Source: Balanoglossus misakiensis
Lineage: Eukaryota; Animalia; Hemichordata
Reading direction: 5' to 3'
Length of the DNA stretch: 64,000 nucleotides
Assembly: GCA_040954595.2 (NCBI GenBank)
Contig: CM082578.2
Location: 8,045,519 to 8,109,518, forward strand
Below are positions 63,201-64,000 of this stretch, one piece after another. The first letter of the stretch is position 1; each line of letters begins with the position of its first letter. Under the pieces are notes generated by a model that saw only the letters and a program-made list of their open reading frames with translations, ran no database searches and had not been told where the DNA came from. A program made the translations under genes and the position numbers.

Positions 63201-63617
63201 AATTTTTACTTTCATATACATGTACACTGAGATAGTATATGTACACCAGCAGATGGTCATGTTAAACCACTCCATGAATCATCATTGCTAAATATACCCG
63301 ATTTGGAGATTTTGGTGTCTGTGTACGATGATATATCTGTGTCCATTGACATCTTGGTACGCCATGGTAATTAATATACAGGTCACACTAAGTATCAAAG
63401 GTCGGTATCCTTGTTTCACTTTGAATATCAATAAATGGTGTACATGTACTTGGTTTGGTTATTGATTTAATTATTTATTTATTTCATTGTTTACACGCAG
63501 GGATTGGCAGTTGTTTGACAGGATACGAGGACAAGACATCAAGCTGTTGAAAACCATGTCTATCGGCTACATCTGCGATCTGATGGTGGAACACAAGAAG
63601 GTCAAATTTGGAATGAA
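60213..63617 (+). CDS. MTMR14: Myotubularin-related protein 14 (Jumpy), 5' part; the gene continues beyond the window
   Basis: Exons: 60213-60332, 60686-60742, 61264-61361, 61483-61591, 62641-62716, 62813-62879, 63501-63617. Motifs: ELLDLF.KTKYRA, ERRCLHLFAKDY, NGELCNHYP, SRFARCRSRFVVPVILYEGKHICRSATL, YGRSGYDYFF, LFDRIRGQDIKLL, ICDLMVEHKKVKFGM. Confidence 0.93.
61784..62012. mobile_element. Possible degenerate piggyBac-like MITE in an MTMR14 intron
   Basis: The right end is GGGTTCAGAGGGTTAA. The left end TTAAAACCTCTGTGAC is only an imperfect inverted match. Confidence 0.3.
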
Positions 63618-64000
63618 GTAAGTGTAGACACATGCAAAATCCACGCCACGCCATATTTTCATGTGTCCAGATTGTCCAACCCTCTATAAACATCACTCGA
63701 CCGATATAAAATATATATTATATAAGTAATGCTCTATAAAGTGTTACTGGCAAGTATTATTGAATATTCCTATGGCATTATGGCAACATAATTTATTATT
63801 TTTGCCTGCATACAGAACTTCTCAGTAGCATGTAAACATTTTTGTCAACAACTCCACAACAATCTGTATGAGAAATGATGAGTCTCTTTCATAGAATATG
63901 CAGTGTTCTCCTGAGGAATTTCTGATAGCATGGCTAATTTGCATAAAAATTGTCATTTAAATACAGTTTTATTGCTCTGTGGAGGACACTGGTATGCCAG

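Noticed and set aside
63405-63413. GTATCCTTG resembling a U12-type donor in an MTMR14 intron
   Set aside because: The flanking exons already join in phase through ordinary U2-type sites, and no exon ends here.

Overview
This is an AT-rich, intron-rich animal genomic window, probably from an invertebrate bilaterian (deuterostome-like; inference only). It holds nine spliced protein-coding genes that I assembled by hand from GT-AG exons: TAMM41 (-), a synaptophysin-family gene (-), PSMA5 (+), HYI (+), NAMPT (-), BCAP31/29 (-), novel PKC delta/theta (-), EI24 (-) and the 5' part of MTMR14 (+). There is no recognisable autonomous transposase, rRNA, tRNA or CRISPR array. The most notable observations are: (1) two nested copies of a non-autonomous Helentron/HINE-like element in NAMPT intron 1, with compensatory changes in the terminal hairpin and a dense array of nuclear-receptor AGGTCA direct repeats; (2) a tandemly duplicated splice acceptor in the synaptophysin gene that allows an in-frame 41-aa luminal insertion; (3) a gene order that appears to join human neighbour pairs (PSMA5-SYPL2, SYPL1-NAMPT); (4) a head-to-head pair of autophagy regulators, EI24 and MTMR14, around a perfect CRE palindrome; and (5) several very small MITEs, including a 51-bp element with a 9-bp target-site duplication (TSD).
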